Notes under the pieces: generated by a model
What the model saw: only the letters and a program-made list of their open reading frames with translations
What the model was told of the DNA's origin: nothing
Databases searched by the model: none
Assembly: GCF_009914755.1 (NCBI RefSeq)
Contig: NC_060945.1
DNA: 64,000 nt
Origin: the human T2T-CHM13v2.0 reference genome, Homo sapiens
Reading direction: 5' to 3' (one strand)
In this document: in pieces, positions 1 to 17,652 of the stretch
Numbering within the stretch: position 1 is the first letter of the stretch
Layout of the letters: each line of letters starts with the position of its first letter
Position numbers and translations under genes: made by a program

Positions 1-209
1 TACTCCATGTTAATTCTTTGGCTGATCACAGCACGGCGTAACCTAGGCCCTGCTGAGGGGGTGCTGAAGTTGAGGAGGGGCCAGGTGTGGTGTGGTCAGC
101 CTGGCCTCCCCGCACATGGCCTTCTCCCTCACCTGCCCCCGGCTGCGTCTCTAAGATGCTCTTGTTGACGAGCAGCTCTGTAGACAGCGCTGGCTGTGCT
201 TCCTTACAG

Positions 210-329
210 AGGTCGGAAAGGTCTGCTTGGAAGCCAGACGAAACGGCTCCACAGAGTTCCCTGAGGCGCCCAGACCCCGGCCGGCTTCCACCAGCTGCCA
301 GCGAGGAAGCACACACCAGCAATGTCAAG
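210..329 (+). CDS. PCNT: Pericentrin internal coding exon (RSERSAWKP...HTSNVK), 120 nt, phase 0/0
   Basis: Acceptor tccttacag|AGG at 209/210 and donor AAG|gtagga at 329/330; joins in frame to the exon at 983. Confidence 0.93.
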
Positions 330-982
330 GTAGGAACGGTGCCACGAGTATAGAACTTTGGTGCTTTTTTAAGTCCTGGGTTTGCAAATTGCAGGCAAAG
401 CATTTTTGTGACCACAAGGTTCTCGTCTGCCGGGTGTAGCAGTCACATCACTAAAGGAAAGGACGTTCACAGAATAAACTTCGGCTTGAATTTTGTTTTA
501 ATTGTGCACAAATACTGAGTTTCTGTGCTTGTTAAGCGTGGAACGTGGAAGGCTTTGACAAAGTCAGCAAATGGCGGCCTCTGCAGCCTGAGGGAGGCCT
601 GGCCCAGGGGCTTGCCGGGATTCGGCCCAAGATCTGCTGCAGTCTCCTGATGGCACACGGTCCCCACCCCGTGACGTCCATCTCATGCCCAGTTTGGACC
701 TTACCTAAGGGGTGAAATGCAAGAAGCTTCATAGGGGCTCATTTGATGATGCTGTGGAGAGGAGCTTGTGGTCCTAGATCTTGTCTGACAAACACAAATT
801 GATCTTCCAACAGCAAGGTTGTTTCTGGCCACAGATACTGTTGGAAGGCCGATGGCCTCTGTGATGATTTGATGGGAAAAAACAATCTGACTCTTTGGAA
901 AGAGCAATGGTGTTAATGTGCTTTTGTCAGCAAGACAGTCTTTGTTTCCTATGATAAAATTTTACTGCTTTTTTTCTTCTAG

Positions 983-1212
983 ATGGAAAAATTGTACCTG
1001 CATTACTTGAGAGCAGAGAGCTTTAGAAAAGCTCTGATTTATCAAAAGAAGTATCTTTTGCTGTTGATTGGTGGATTCCAGGATTCTGAACAAGAAACAC
1101 TCTCCATGATTGCCCATTTGGGGGTATTTCCTTCCAAAGCAGAACGGAAAATCACATCTCGTCCTTTCACCAGGTTCCGCACGGCCGTCAGGGTGGTCAT
1201 TGCAATATTAAG
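983..1212 (+). CDS. PCNT: Pericentrin exon encoding the PACT (pericentrin/AKAP450 centrosomal targeting) domain core, 230 nt
   Basis: Acceptor tttcttctag|ATG, donor AG|gtaaat. Translation MEKLYLHYLRAESFRKALIYQKKYLLLLIGGFQ...RFRTAVRVVIAILR is the PACT motif. Confidence 0.98.
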
Positions 1213-2624
1213 GTAAATGCCATGACGTTCAGTCAGTGCGTTCCGCGTCTGTCTCCGTGAGTGGGCAGCACACTGCATGGTTTTTTGGTCATTTTATTCC
1301 TTGAAACTCCATAATATGTTCTTTTTAAAGATGAATGGCATTTGAGGCCTTAGAGAAAATACAGATGATGAACTTGTCTTCAAGAAGTCATGTGTATGAA
1401 TCTCTCACCTTCTAAAACTAAAGATTTAAGGGCACCTTTGTATTACAGAGGAACATCTTGACTTTTAATGGGTTTCGTGCCACAAAGAACGTGCTGAATT
1501 TCTAAAACTGTTTTTCCCCCTAAACACTGTGCGGCTGTGCCTGCTCCCTGATGCCACAGAGGTGTTTCCCAAGGCCACGCGCGGGCCTGTCTGGAGTAGC
1601 AGATGCAGCAGAGAGCAGCTAGGAATCCCGCTCCTTTCAGAGACCAGGTGCCGAGCCAGTTCAGTCATCGCGGCTGCAGGCTGGGCCAAAGTGGGGTGCA
1701 GGCGAGGCCTCCTGGGTTGCTGTACTCTCAGCTTCTCTGGTCCTGGGGCACTTTGTCTCCTCGTCTCTGAGCTCCCCTGACCGTAGGCCTCCACCGTCCA
1801 TCCTTCCACCCACCCATCTGTCCATCCTGTGTTCATGGGGAGAACACCCTGCAGGAGGAAGCATTTTAGGCACTAGATAGGGGAGGTAAGCAGACCCAGA
1901 TCCTACCTCCTGTCGAGGAGGGGAGATCTTTTGAAGGCAGTGGTGTCCCAGAAAGGAGCAGTCTCTGTGTCCCTGTGAGGGCACTGCCTAGGGTAGCTGC
2001 CACCAAGGGGCCTTGACAGGTCTTATGGAGGAATCGGCAGTGTCTGCTATGCCTCAAAGGAGGGAAGCCACAGGCATGATGCTTGTTCCGAAGGCCATCC
2101 TAGCAGGGCGTCTGGGGCCCTGCACACTGACCTGCATGCCCTCGTCACCTGCACTCTGCATGCTCACCATCTGACGGACTCCTGCGAGGGCTGGGGTCTC
2201 CGTGTTCTGAGCCTGTCCAGTGGCATCTGTGACAGGATGAAGATGGGAGGGTCCTGCACACCAGGCGGGAGCGGCATGTGTTTCCTAGTCACTGGTGTGG
2301 CCGGCTGACTTTGAACTGGAGTCGTCCTGAGCTGGGCCATGGTGGGTGTCTAGGGGACCATATGGTCCACGGTGGGGCCGCAGTGAGGCTTTGTCAGGTG
2401 GTCGGGCATGGGAAGGTCGCCGCCGCCGGCAGCCCTGCGAGCACTTTGGATGTGTGCACCCGGCATGCCAGGCCCGAGTCAACAGACTGGCCGACCTTGG
2501 CGTCCTGGTCCCCATGGGCAGCGAGGCCCCCATTCTGCTTGTTTGGTCACAGTGGGGTTTTCATTGCTCTTTCCCTTCCTGTCTTGCCGTACTTTTAAGT
2601 GTGTCTTGTCTCTTTTTTTTGTAG

Positions 2625-2701
2625 ATTACGTTTTTTGGTTAAGAAATGGCAAGAAGTAGATCGGAAAGGAGCTCTGGCACAAGGCAAAGCCCCTCGCCCA
2701 G
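2625..2701 (+). CDS. PCNT: Pericentrin exon (LRFLVKKWQEVDRKGALAQGKAPRP), end of PACT domain, 77 nt
   Basis: Acceptor tttttttgtag|A, donor CCAG|gtggga; phase 2 in and phase 1 out, matching its neighbours. Confidence 0.96.
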
Positions 2702-3339
2702 GTGGGACTCCAGCTGCTGTTGACCGCTGGACTCACAAACCTTTCTTTCTACTCTTGTTTTTCATTCACTTTGGGTCATTTTTCAGTGTTGATGGGGACG
2801 TAATAAAGCACGGTAAGAAAATCCGTGAATTCCGTCAGGGCAGTCGTCCAGAGGGAAGGCGCGCCCGGCGTAGGGAGGTCAGAGCTCATGTTAGCTATGA
2901 ACACAGGTCACAGGGGCGTACGGCGATGGGAAACACTGAGATGCTCAATATATTGATTATTTAATAGTGTTTAGCAAAATGGTCTTTTTTTATTCCTTAA
3001 ATCAACTGAAACTCACTTCACGTCTCTTTCCTTGTAGAGCATCATGCTTATTTCTGGCTCACTCACATCTTTGTCTCGGGAGTTCTCTGCCGAGCCATTG
3101 CCCCCTACAGCAGAGAGCACAGCTGGCTGCACTAGTGCTGAAGGAGCCAGCCCCAGAGCAGGGCATTTCCAGGGGCTCTTGTCCCAGAGCGGCAGGCGTT
3201 GTGTGCAGAGAACGCCCCTCCCACGCAGCACAGAGAACGCGGGGTGGGTGTGTGGCTCCGGGCCTGTGGGGCTTAGGCTGCCTGAACCACCGCCGACTGG
3301 CACCATGACTCGGCATTCCTGGAAGTGCCTTACCAAGTT

Positions 3340-3508
3340 GTTGTTGTTGTTTTGTTGTTTTTTAAGAGACGGGCTTGCTCTATCATCCAGGCTCGAGTGC
3401 AATGGCACAGTCACAGCTCACTGCAGCCTTGAACTCGTGGGCTCAAGCCATCCTCCTGTGTCAGCCTCCCTAGTACCTGGGACTGTGGGCATGAGCACTG
3501 CGCCTGGC
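3340..3508 (-). mobile_element. Old Alu monomer/fragment (AluJ/FRAM-like) in a PCNT intron
   Basis: (TTG)n tail, then gagacgggcttgctc...caggctcgagtgcaatggcac...gcgcctggc. Confidence 0.85.
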
Positions 3509-3937
3509 AGCTGTATCAGTGTTGACTCCACATTTTAATAGTTGCTTCTTGAAATTAAAATGCTTTGATTCAGCCTTCAAGCCATCAGGAAAGTTTGCCC
3601 CTCTGAGTCACACCTGGTGGTCTCCAGGGTTCCTGCCCCTCCCTCCTGAGCCAGCTCCTCAGAGCGGATAGAGGCAGGACCCCCACCCAGGTCTTGAGAC
3701 CCCCCTGCCCCGCACTCCCCCGGAGACGGGCTACCCCTGCAGATGCAGATAGTCAAAGCTCAGGTTTCTTCCAAAGCTTTTAAAAAGATATTGTACCTTG
3801 AGCACTTTAAAAATGTCTTAAAATTGCCATACAGGCTCTTAAAAGCTTATACGTTTAAACTGTTGATAGATGGGCCTTTACTAAAATGCATTCATTTATT
3901 TTCCTAATCCCTTGGTTGTTAAATAATTCTGGGGAAG

Positions 3938-4076
3938 GGCCCCGAGCACGACAGCCGCAGTCTCCACCCAGAACCAGAGAGTCCCCCCCAACCCGGGATG
4001 TACCCTCTGGCCACACCAGGGACCCTGCCAGAGGCCGCAGACTGGCAGCAGCAGCCTCCCCACACAGTGGGGGAAG
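3938..4076 (+). CDS. PCNT: Pericentrin exon (GPRARQPQSPP...SPHSGGR), 139 nt
   Basis: Weak acceptor ggggaag|GG, donor AG|gtcagt; frame continuous with flanking exons and matches the recalled PCNT C-terminus. Confidence 0.92.
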
Positions 4077-4818
4077 GTCAGTGTGATGCCTTCAGGCCCC
4101 GTCTCCTGCCAGGGCTCTCCCTCCAGCCTACATAGGGCCTCAGAGAAATGCATTTTTAGTTCTGGCTTTGGCCCAGCCCAGGGCAAGGCAGGAAACTCTC
4201 CAGCGTGAGTCCGTGAGGGCCAAGAAGTCCCGCCCTGTTCTGGGGGAGGACCTGGCTTTTCTGGTGTCTCTGGTGCCCGAGAGCCCGGTGCTGCCATCTT
4301 TAGTGAAAGAGTAAATGGTGGCCGAGGGCTCCTTTTGTGAGGGATGTGCCTTGGTGAAGAAGGCATGTTCCCTGCCGTGAAGATACTTGGAAGCTCTGGG
4401 TGGAGAGGGAAAAGGGATACCCCTGGTGCTCCCTGGGCCTGGCGGAAGGCTAGGAGGAAGGACAGCTGAGGTGAGGACTGAGTGGGGCAGGTATCACCCT
4501 GACAAACAGTTTGGGAAGATCAGGAAAGGCAGGTGAGACCTGGTGCAGAATCCAGGTTGGGTAATAGATACATCGTCGAAGATGTAGCAAGCAAAGTAAT
4601 ATACTCAACTCTGGAACATTGCACAGAAGCTTTTAAAGCACTCTGTGACACTTTTTGTAATGAGGGATCTAAAGGAAACGGCCCCAGAGTCACCCATCCC
4701 CACGGGTCTGGTTGGCGGGGCTGGTGCCTTTCTTCTGCACTCAGTCACCATGGCTCCGTCTGTCAAACTCAACTCTTTTTTTTTTTTTTCTTCTCTTGGT
4801 GTGGTAATTTGTTTGAAG

Positions 4819-4946
4819 AGCCACTCCATCCCCAAATTCAAGATTAGAAAGATCCCTGACTGCTTCTCAAGATCCAGAACATTCCTTGACAGAGTATATT
4901 CACCATTTAGAAGTGATCCAGCAAAGATTGGGAGGGGTACTACCAG
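4819..4946 (+). CDS. PCNT: Pericentrin penultimate exon (ATPSPNSRLERSLTASQDPEHSLTEYIHHLEVIQQRLGGVLP), 128 nt
   Basis: Acceptor tttgaag|AGCC downstream of a long T tract, donor CCAG|gtaatg; frame consistent. Confidence 0.95.
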
Positions 4947-5409
4947 GTAATGCAAGTCCTCGCCGAGTATTTATTAAGCTGATTATCACTGTACCCTGGA
5001 AACGTAGGGTCTGTTGAAAGATGGCTGGTATTCAGCTTAGTAACCAAAGTTTCAGTCTGAACAATCAGTGTCACTAATAGTATTAGAATAGAGGCTACAA
5101 GTGAAGAATCTCACAGAAGTCTAAGCCAGTGTACTCAGTGATACGTGCTGAGGTCAGTTTGACTTAATCACCGTCTGGACTTTTTTTGTCCTTTCTCTTA
5201 CATTGATAGCGAACATAAAGATTATATTTCGACCAGGATATAATTTGTTCAGTGTTTCTTAAATATCATAATTTAAACCACTGTATAATTCATATTTTTA
5301 CCAAAATTTACATGAATTCAGTGATAGTGTTTCAAAATTGTGGAATTCTTTTCAAAAAATCTGTGAAGCCTTGTAACCAATTTGCTGCCTCATTTTTATT
5401 TATATGCAG

Positions 5410-5453
5410 ATTCTACTTCAAAGAAATCCTGCCACCCGATGATTAAACAGTGA
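5410..5453 (+). CDS. PCNT: Pericentrin last coding exon (DSTSKKSCHPMIKQ*)
   Basis: Acceptor tatatgcag|AT; TGA at 5451-5453. Confidence 0.96.
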
Positions 5454-5890
5454 ATAAAATGTCATGGCTCTTTCCTGCGACAATTCTATTTGAGGAAAAG
5501 ATTTGTTTTTCCCTTTTCCCAAGGAAGCTCGTGGGACAGCATGGGCACTACTCTTCATGTGCGGTGACACCAGCCCCCAGATGCCTTGAATTAAGTGTCC
5601 TCACCTTTATGCATGACTGCAAAGCCAGCTGGAGCATTTTCTATGGAGCCTCCGTATGTTTTAGGCCCATGACCTTCGTGAGGTGACGGGCACTCACTCC
5701 CATGAGCCCTGGCTGTGTGCTGTTGTGTGCCTATCGGCAGATCCATCCTTCCTGCCTCCAAGGAGGATACACAGAGAATGGCTTCCTGTTGTTTTGTTTA
5801 TTTTCTTAACGTGTACAGATGGAAACTTCATTTAAAAATAAAAACAAAACAACTCAAAAAGGAATAAAATTTAATCACTGTTTTGTTTGT
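5454..5890 (+). other. PCNT: PCNT 3' UTR (~430 nt; end approximate)
   Basis: Lies between the stop codon and the distal AATAAA pair, which is followed by a GT/T-rich tract. Confidence 0.85.
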
Positions 5891-5920
5891 GAATAGCCCT
5901 TGTGTTGTTTTTTTTTTCCA
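5837..5920 (+). terminator. PCNT polyadenylation signals AATAAA (5837-5842 and 5863-5868) with downstream GU/U-rich element
   Basis: Two canonical hexamers followed by tgttttgtttgtg...ttgtgttgtttttt. Confidence 0.85.
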
Positions 5921-6041
5921 TTTTATCCATTTTATCAGTTTGCCTTTCTCACTGACTAAAAAATTGAGCAGAGAGTTTATGTTAAACTCGTAAGTCAAAA
6001 ATTTTCAGTGGAACCCGGAGCATTCTTGAATAGCCACTTGA

Positions 6042-6443
<402 letters not shown>

Positions 6444-6504
6444 TAGACTAGACAGTAATACCTAGCCAAGGACCCTTTATCCAAAAATGTACTAGATGGG
6501 TATA

Positions 6505-6949
6505 ATTTTTTTATTTTTAGAGACAAGGTCTCGCTCTGTCACCCAGGCTGGAGTACAGTGGCACAATCACAACTCACTGCAGCCTTGACCTACCAAGCCC
6601 AAATGATCCGCCTGCTTAGCCTCCCGAGTAGTTGGGACTACAGGTGCGCACCACCACGCCTGGCACTAATTTTCGTATTTCTTTTAGAGACAAGGTTTCA
6701 CTTTGTTTCCCGGCCTGGTTTCAAGCTCCTGGCTCAAGCAATCCTACTGTCTCTGCCTCCCGAGTAGCTGGGAGTACAGGCACGCACTGCCACATTGAGC
6801 TAGTTGTTTTTTTTTTTTTTTTTTTTTTAAGTAGAGATGGAGTTTCACTCTGTTGCCCACACTGGTCTTGAACCCCTAGCTTCAAGTGATCCTCCTGCCT
6901 TGGCCTCCCAAAGTGCTGGGAATACAGGCTCAAGACACTGTGTCCAGCC
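6505..6949 (-). mobile_element. Composite old Alu with three arm-like segments
   Basis: Right arm, hybrid arm, poly-T linker (6807-6828), left arm. Confidence 0.85.
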
Positions 6950-7099
6950 CTAACTTATAGTTTATTGAAGGAAAAATAAATGAAACCATGAGGAAAAAGA
7001 TGAACATGGGCTATTCTACAGTTAACTGCCCTCGTTTCATCAAAGACAATGGGACATGAATGTGAGGAGCCTGTTCTAGCTTGAAGCCAAGAAGCTGTC

Positions 7100-7330
7100 A
7101 GCCGGGTGTGGTGGCTCACACCTGTAATCCCAGCACTTTGGGAGGTCGAGGTGGCCAGATCACAAGGTCAGGAGTTTGAGACCAGCCTAACCAACATGGC
7201 AAAACCCGGTCTCTACTAAAAATACAAAAATTAGCCGGGTGTGGTGGCAGGCCCCTGTAATCCCAGCTACTCGGGAGGCTGAGGCAGGAGGATCACTTGA
7301 ACCCAGGAGGCGGAGGCTGCACTGAGCCGA
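7100..7330 (+). mobile_element. Alu truncated at its 3' end (no poly-A)
   Basis: agccgggtgtggtggctcacacc... ends abruptly at actgagccga. Confidence 0.9.
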
Positions 7331-8000
7331 AAGTCCTCGGTACCAAAAGGTGCCAGTGAAGACACTAGATTGCAGATAAGGATGTTCCTGTTTTCATTGT
7401 GTATGAGCCACCCAGTTTCCCTCAAAAATTGGGATCAATAGCACCAGTTAGTGCAGTAACTCCATCCCTGGGTGTTGGCTCAGGCAGCAGTCTCAACTGC
7501 TAGTTCAAAGTTCAAAATACCACCATTGTCGTACCTGGTAGAAGCAGTCCTCCCTTGGGACAGTGGAGTTCAGAGTTACAAGATGAGAAGCAAAAATTCC
7601 TTCTGGGGTTACTTGGCATAACAGTAAGAGGGGCCATTCCTATCTGCAGCCCTTAGGTTTCCAAGCCAGCATATGCTGGCTGTGGGAGAAGTAGCACTAG
7701 GTATTGTTCAGTTAAAGCCTATACCACATCCTGTATTATAACATCCATATTGACAGGGCATTGTCTCCAATCTGGCATCATAACTGAGCCTTCGGGAGGC
7801 CTTTCCACCATCCACTAAGCAAGCTACTTCTGACTGATAGGAGTTTGGGGTAAGATGAGGGCATCGTACAACCACATGCTTAGAGCCACACTTGCTCTCA
7901 GAAGAGTTTTCTGGTTAGAAGCGATGATGAATTAGGAATTTGGGAAGTCTGCAAATGAGTGTTGGGCGGGAAAAGCAAATTCATATGCAGAATAGGAATG
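7331..8000 (-). mobile_element. Decayed ERVL-class internal sequence (probably 3' part of pol/integrase region)
   Basis: Resembles recalled ERVL internal consensus; collinear with the pol remnants at 11830-14800. Confidence 0.45.
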
Positions 8001-8658
8001 GATAGATGCAGGGGGACAGCAGAGCTGGAGAACTGCATGGGAGCCTGGGCTACCGTTCATGCTGCCTGCTGCCGCCTCCCTGACCTGCTGGAGGCTTGTC
8101 TCCTTTTCTAACACGAGCTGCCTGTCCTACAGTTCCATTCTGACACTACCTAGAGTCAGAATGGACACAGTTCCCACAAGTTAAGGACAAAGTCCTTCCA
8201 TTTTTAATTAATTTATTTTTGTAGAGATGGGGGGTCTCCCTGTTGCCCAGGCTGGTCTCGAATTCCTGGGCTCAAGTGATCCTATCTTGGCCTCCCAAAG
8301 TGCTGGGATTACAGGCGTGAACCACAGTGCCTGGCCTAAAGTCCTTCAATTCTGGTACTACCTGGAGTCAGCACAGACCCTAAAAGCTAAGGACTCAGTC
8401 TCCACGTCAGACGTCAGCCACAAGTGGTGTTTCCAGGCTACCCGCAATTCTGCCCAGCCAATTTATAAGTTTGTGGGGTTTTCAGCCCCACCCCTGTAGG
8501 TTTAATAATTTACTAGAATGATGCAAAGTACTATTCTTGGGATTACCAGTTTATTATACAGGGTACAACAAAGGAACAGCCAAATGGAAGAGGTGAGCAG
8601 GACAGGTATGGGGCTCAGAGCTTCTGTGTCCACTGCAGGCGTGCTGCCCTCCCAGCAC

Positions 8659-9923
<1,265 letters not shown>

Positions 9924-10201
9924 CAGCACAACCCAGAACCTCTGTAAGCCTCATTGGCTAAGAGTTTTTATCAAGGCCTCATTACATAGTCATGATGGAT
10001 TGGATTATTGATCACATGATTGAACTTAAACTCCAACCCCCTCCCCTCTCCAGAGGTTTGAGGGTGGGGCTGAAAATCCTAATCCTCCAATCATGTGGTT
10101 GGGTCCTCTGGTGTCCAGCCCCCACCTTGAAGGGGCCCCACCACAATCACCTCAAAAGCCTGAATAGAAAACTTTTAATGACTGCACCTGGGATGGATGC
10201 C

Positions 10202-10897
10202 TGATATGGTTTGGATCTGTGTGTCTGCCCAATCTCATGCTGAATTCTAATCCCTAATGTTGGAGGTGGGACCTGGTGGGAGGTTACTGGATCATGGGGA
10301 CAGTTCCTCGTGAATGGTTTAACACCTGGGTGCTGTCCTCAGACAGTGAATGAGTTCTCACGAGATCTGGTTGTTCAAGTGTGTGGCACCTCCATCCTCT
10401 CTCTGCCTCCTAATACAGCCATGTGAAGTGCCTTGCTCCCCCTTTGTCTTCTGCCATGATTGGAAGCTTCCTGAGGCCTCCCCAAAGGAAAAGCCACTAT
10501 GCTTACTGTACAGCCTGCAGAACCGTGAGCCAAATATACCTCTTTTCTTTATAAATTATCCAGTCTCAGGCATTTTTTTTTTTTAGATGGAGACTTGCTC
10601 TGTCACCCAGGCTTAAATGGCACAATCTTGGCTCACTGCAACCTCCGCCTCCCGGGTTCAAGCAATTATCCTGTCTCAGCCTCCTGAGTAGCTGAGACTA
10701 CAGGTGCACGCCACCAGGCCCGACTAATTTTTGTACTTTTAGTAGAGACAGAGTTTCACCATATTGGTCAGGCTGGTCTCGAACTCCTGACCTCAGGTGA
10801 TCCACCGGCTTTGGCCTCCCAAAGTGCTGGGATTACAGGCCTCAGCCACCACACCTGGCCTCAGGCATTTCTTTATAGCAGTGTGAGAACAAATACA
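10202..10897 (+). mobile_element. MST-family MaLR solo LTR containing an antisense Alu (~10573-10860)
   Basis: TGATATGGTTTGGATCTGTG...AAATACA; 5-bp TSD atgcc/gtgcc; Alu TSD tcaggcattt. Confidence 0.88.
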
Positions 10898-11019
10898 GTG
10901 CCTCACAGAGAGATGCTGATTCTCAAAACCCAACAATACCACCTTGCTTGCAGACCCCCAAGACTCTGATCCCAATACAGCCCACAGAAGCATGAGGCAT
11001 ACCATAGGAGGACAGCCTA

Positions 11020-11790
<771 letters not shown>

Positions 11791-11829
11791 CAGTGCCAGG
11801 CTCAGTGGCTCATGCCTTTGGGAGGCTGT

Positions 11830-15645
<3,816 letters not shown>

Positions 15646-15650
15646 CCAAG

Positions 15651-16206
15651 TGTGGTGTTTTAAAAATATACTGGCAAATTTTTTGATATTCTTCCCTTTA
15701 GAAGATGAAGCCTAATTCCTCTCCTTTTGAATATGGGTAATTTAGTGACTCATTTCTTCCAAATAGGAAGTAGCCGAAGTGATGGTATGCAACTTCTGAG
15801 GCTGGTTCACAAAAAGGATACAGCTTTCTTTTGTCCTTTGTCTTTAGATTGCCCTTGGAATCCAGCCATCATATTGTGAGAAAGCCTCGGCCACAGGGAC
15901 CGGCCGTGTAGGGGTGTGCTGGCTGACATCCCCAATCTGGGCTGCAGCCAATCTCCAGTATCAGCTGTCAGACATTCGAGCAGATGAACCTTCACTCATT
16001 CCAACCTCTAGCCTCTGAACTGCTCCAGCTGAGGCCTCAGACACTGTGGAAGAGAGATAACCAATCCCCACTATGTCTGACCCACAGTAACCTAGAGAGA
16101 TCACCGATCCCCACTATGTCTGACCCACAGTAACCTAGAGATAAGAAATGATTCTTGTTTTAAGCCACGAAGTGTGGAGTAATTTGTTAGGCAGCAGTAG
16201 CTATAC
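15651..16206 (+). mobile_element. MLT1F-like MaLR LTR
   Basis: tgtggtgttttaaaaatata...gatattcttccc...gcctaattcc...; ends ttgttttaagccacgaagtgtggagtaatttgttaggcagca. Confidence 0.75.
16051..16141. repeat. Tandem duplication, ~2.1 x 43 bp, inside the MLT1 LTR
   Basis: agagagat(a/c)acc(a/g)atccccactatgtctgacccacagtaacct occurs twice. Confidence 0.95.
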
Positions 16207-16390
16207 CGCCATTCTAGGAGCCATCCTTGCAGGAAGTCTGCAGCCACTCTTTGCCAAGGTGTTAAATCACGTATTTCAATAAACACATCTATGCAAGTTT
16301 ACATTCCAGCTCCCTTCATCAAGCACCCTCATAATCCAGCCCCAAACTTTCCCAGCTCCTGTCAGTACATGTTGGCTGGGTGGTACAGCT

Positions 16391-16850
16391 TGTTATGGGC
16401 TGAAGTGTGTCCCTCTCAAAAGATGCTGAAGCCCTAACCCCTGGTCAATGTGAATGTGACATTATTTGGAAATGGGTCTTTGTAGACAAGTTAAGATGCG
16501 CTCATTAGAGTGGGCCCTAATCAGTATGACTGGTGTCCTTCTAAAAAGAGGCCCATGTCGAATGACCTTTGTCAATGATGTTACTTATGCCTTCGTCTGG
16601 AGAGACACACACAACAAGATCACCATGTGAATATAAAGGCAGGACTGGGACAATGCCTCTATAAGCCAAGGAACCAAAGACTGCCAGCAAACCACCAGAA
16701 GCTGGGAGAGAGGCATGAGACAGATTCTCCCTCCCAGCCCCAGAAGGAACCAACCCTGTGAAAACTTTGATCTCAGACTTCTAGCCTCCAGAACTGGGAG
16801 ACAATAAATGTCTGCCCAGTTTGTTACTGAAGCCCCAGCAAACTAATAAC
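16391..16850 (+). mobile_element. MLT1B/C-like MaLR LTR
   Basis: tgttatgggctgaagtgtgtccc...tcagacttctagcctccagaactgggagacaataaatg. Confidence 0.8.
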
Positions 16851-17028
16851 GCAGTTCTTCTGAGGGGGAGGGAGCTATATTCTCTTTTCTATCTCATTGT
16901 TTCCAGCTGAATAATGCAAAAGAAACAACCATAATTATACATCTACTGAGCAGTAAGTGGAGGGAGGAGGAGTAGTGTCAGGTTAATAGGAGAGGTGAGC
17001 CACCCCGGCAGGCTTCAGGTTCAAGGCA

Positions 17029-17652
17029 GGCCAGGTGTGATGGCTCACTGGAGCCTAGAAGTTTGAGACAAGCCCGGGCAACATAGCAAGACCTTGCCTC
17101 TACAAGTAATAAAAAATGTATCCAGGCGTGGTGACACATACCTGTAGTCCCAGTTACTTAGGAGGCTCAGGTGGGAGGATCGTTTGAGCCCAGGAAGTTG
17201 AGGCTACAGTGGGCCATGATCCAGCAACTGCACTCCAGCCTGGGCAACAGAGTGAGACACTGTCTACGAAAAAAAGGTTTAAGGCAGTTTGGGGAGTCAA
17301 AACCTTTGAAGGCATCTACCCAGGTATCTCCAACCCATGTATGACGGGCTTTTCTTTTCTTTCTTTTTTTTTTTTAAAAGACAGAGTCTCACTCCTGTTG
17401 CCCAGGCTGGAGTGCAGTCACAGCTCACTACAGCCCTGACTTCCAGGGCTCAGGTGATCCACCCACCTTAGCCTCCCAAGCAGCTGGGACCACAGCCGTG
17501 GCCACCATGCCCGGCTAATTTTTTGTGTTTTCAGTAGAGATGGGGTTTTGTCATGTTGCCCAAGCTGGTCTTGAACTCCTGAACTCAAGCAATCTTCCCG
17601 CCTTGGCCTCCCAAAGTGCTGGGATTACAGGTGTGAGCCACTGTGCCCAGCC
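17029..17652. mobile_element. Tail-to-tail AluJ-like pair (+ 17029-17276; - ~17350-17652)
   Basis: Two Alus in opposite orientation separated by ~75 bp. Confidence 0.88.

Noticed and set aside
26-4955. Antisense ORFs over PCNT exons and introns
   Set aside because: GC-rich chance ORFs with no recognisable domains or splice structure.
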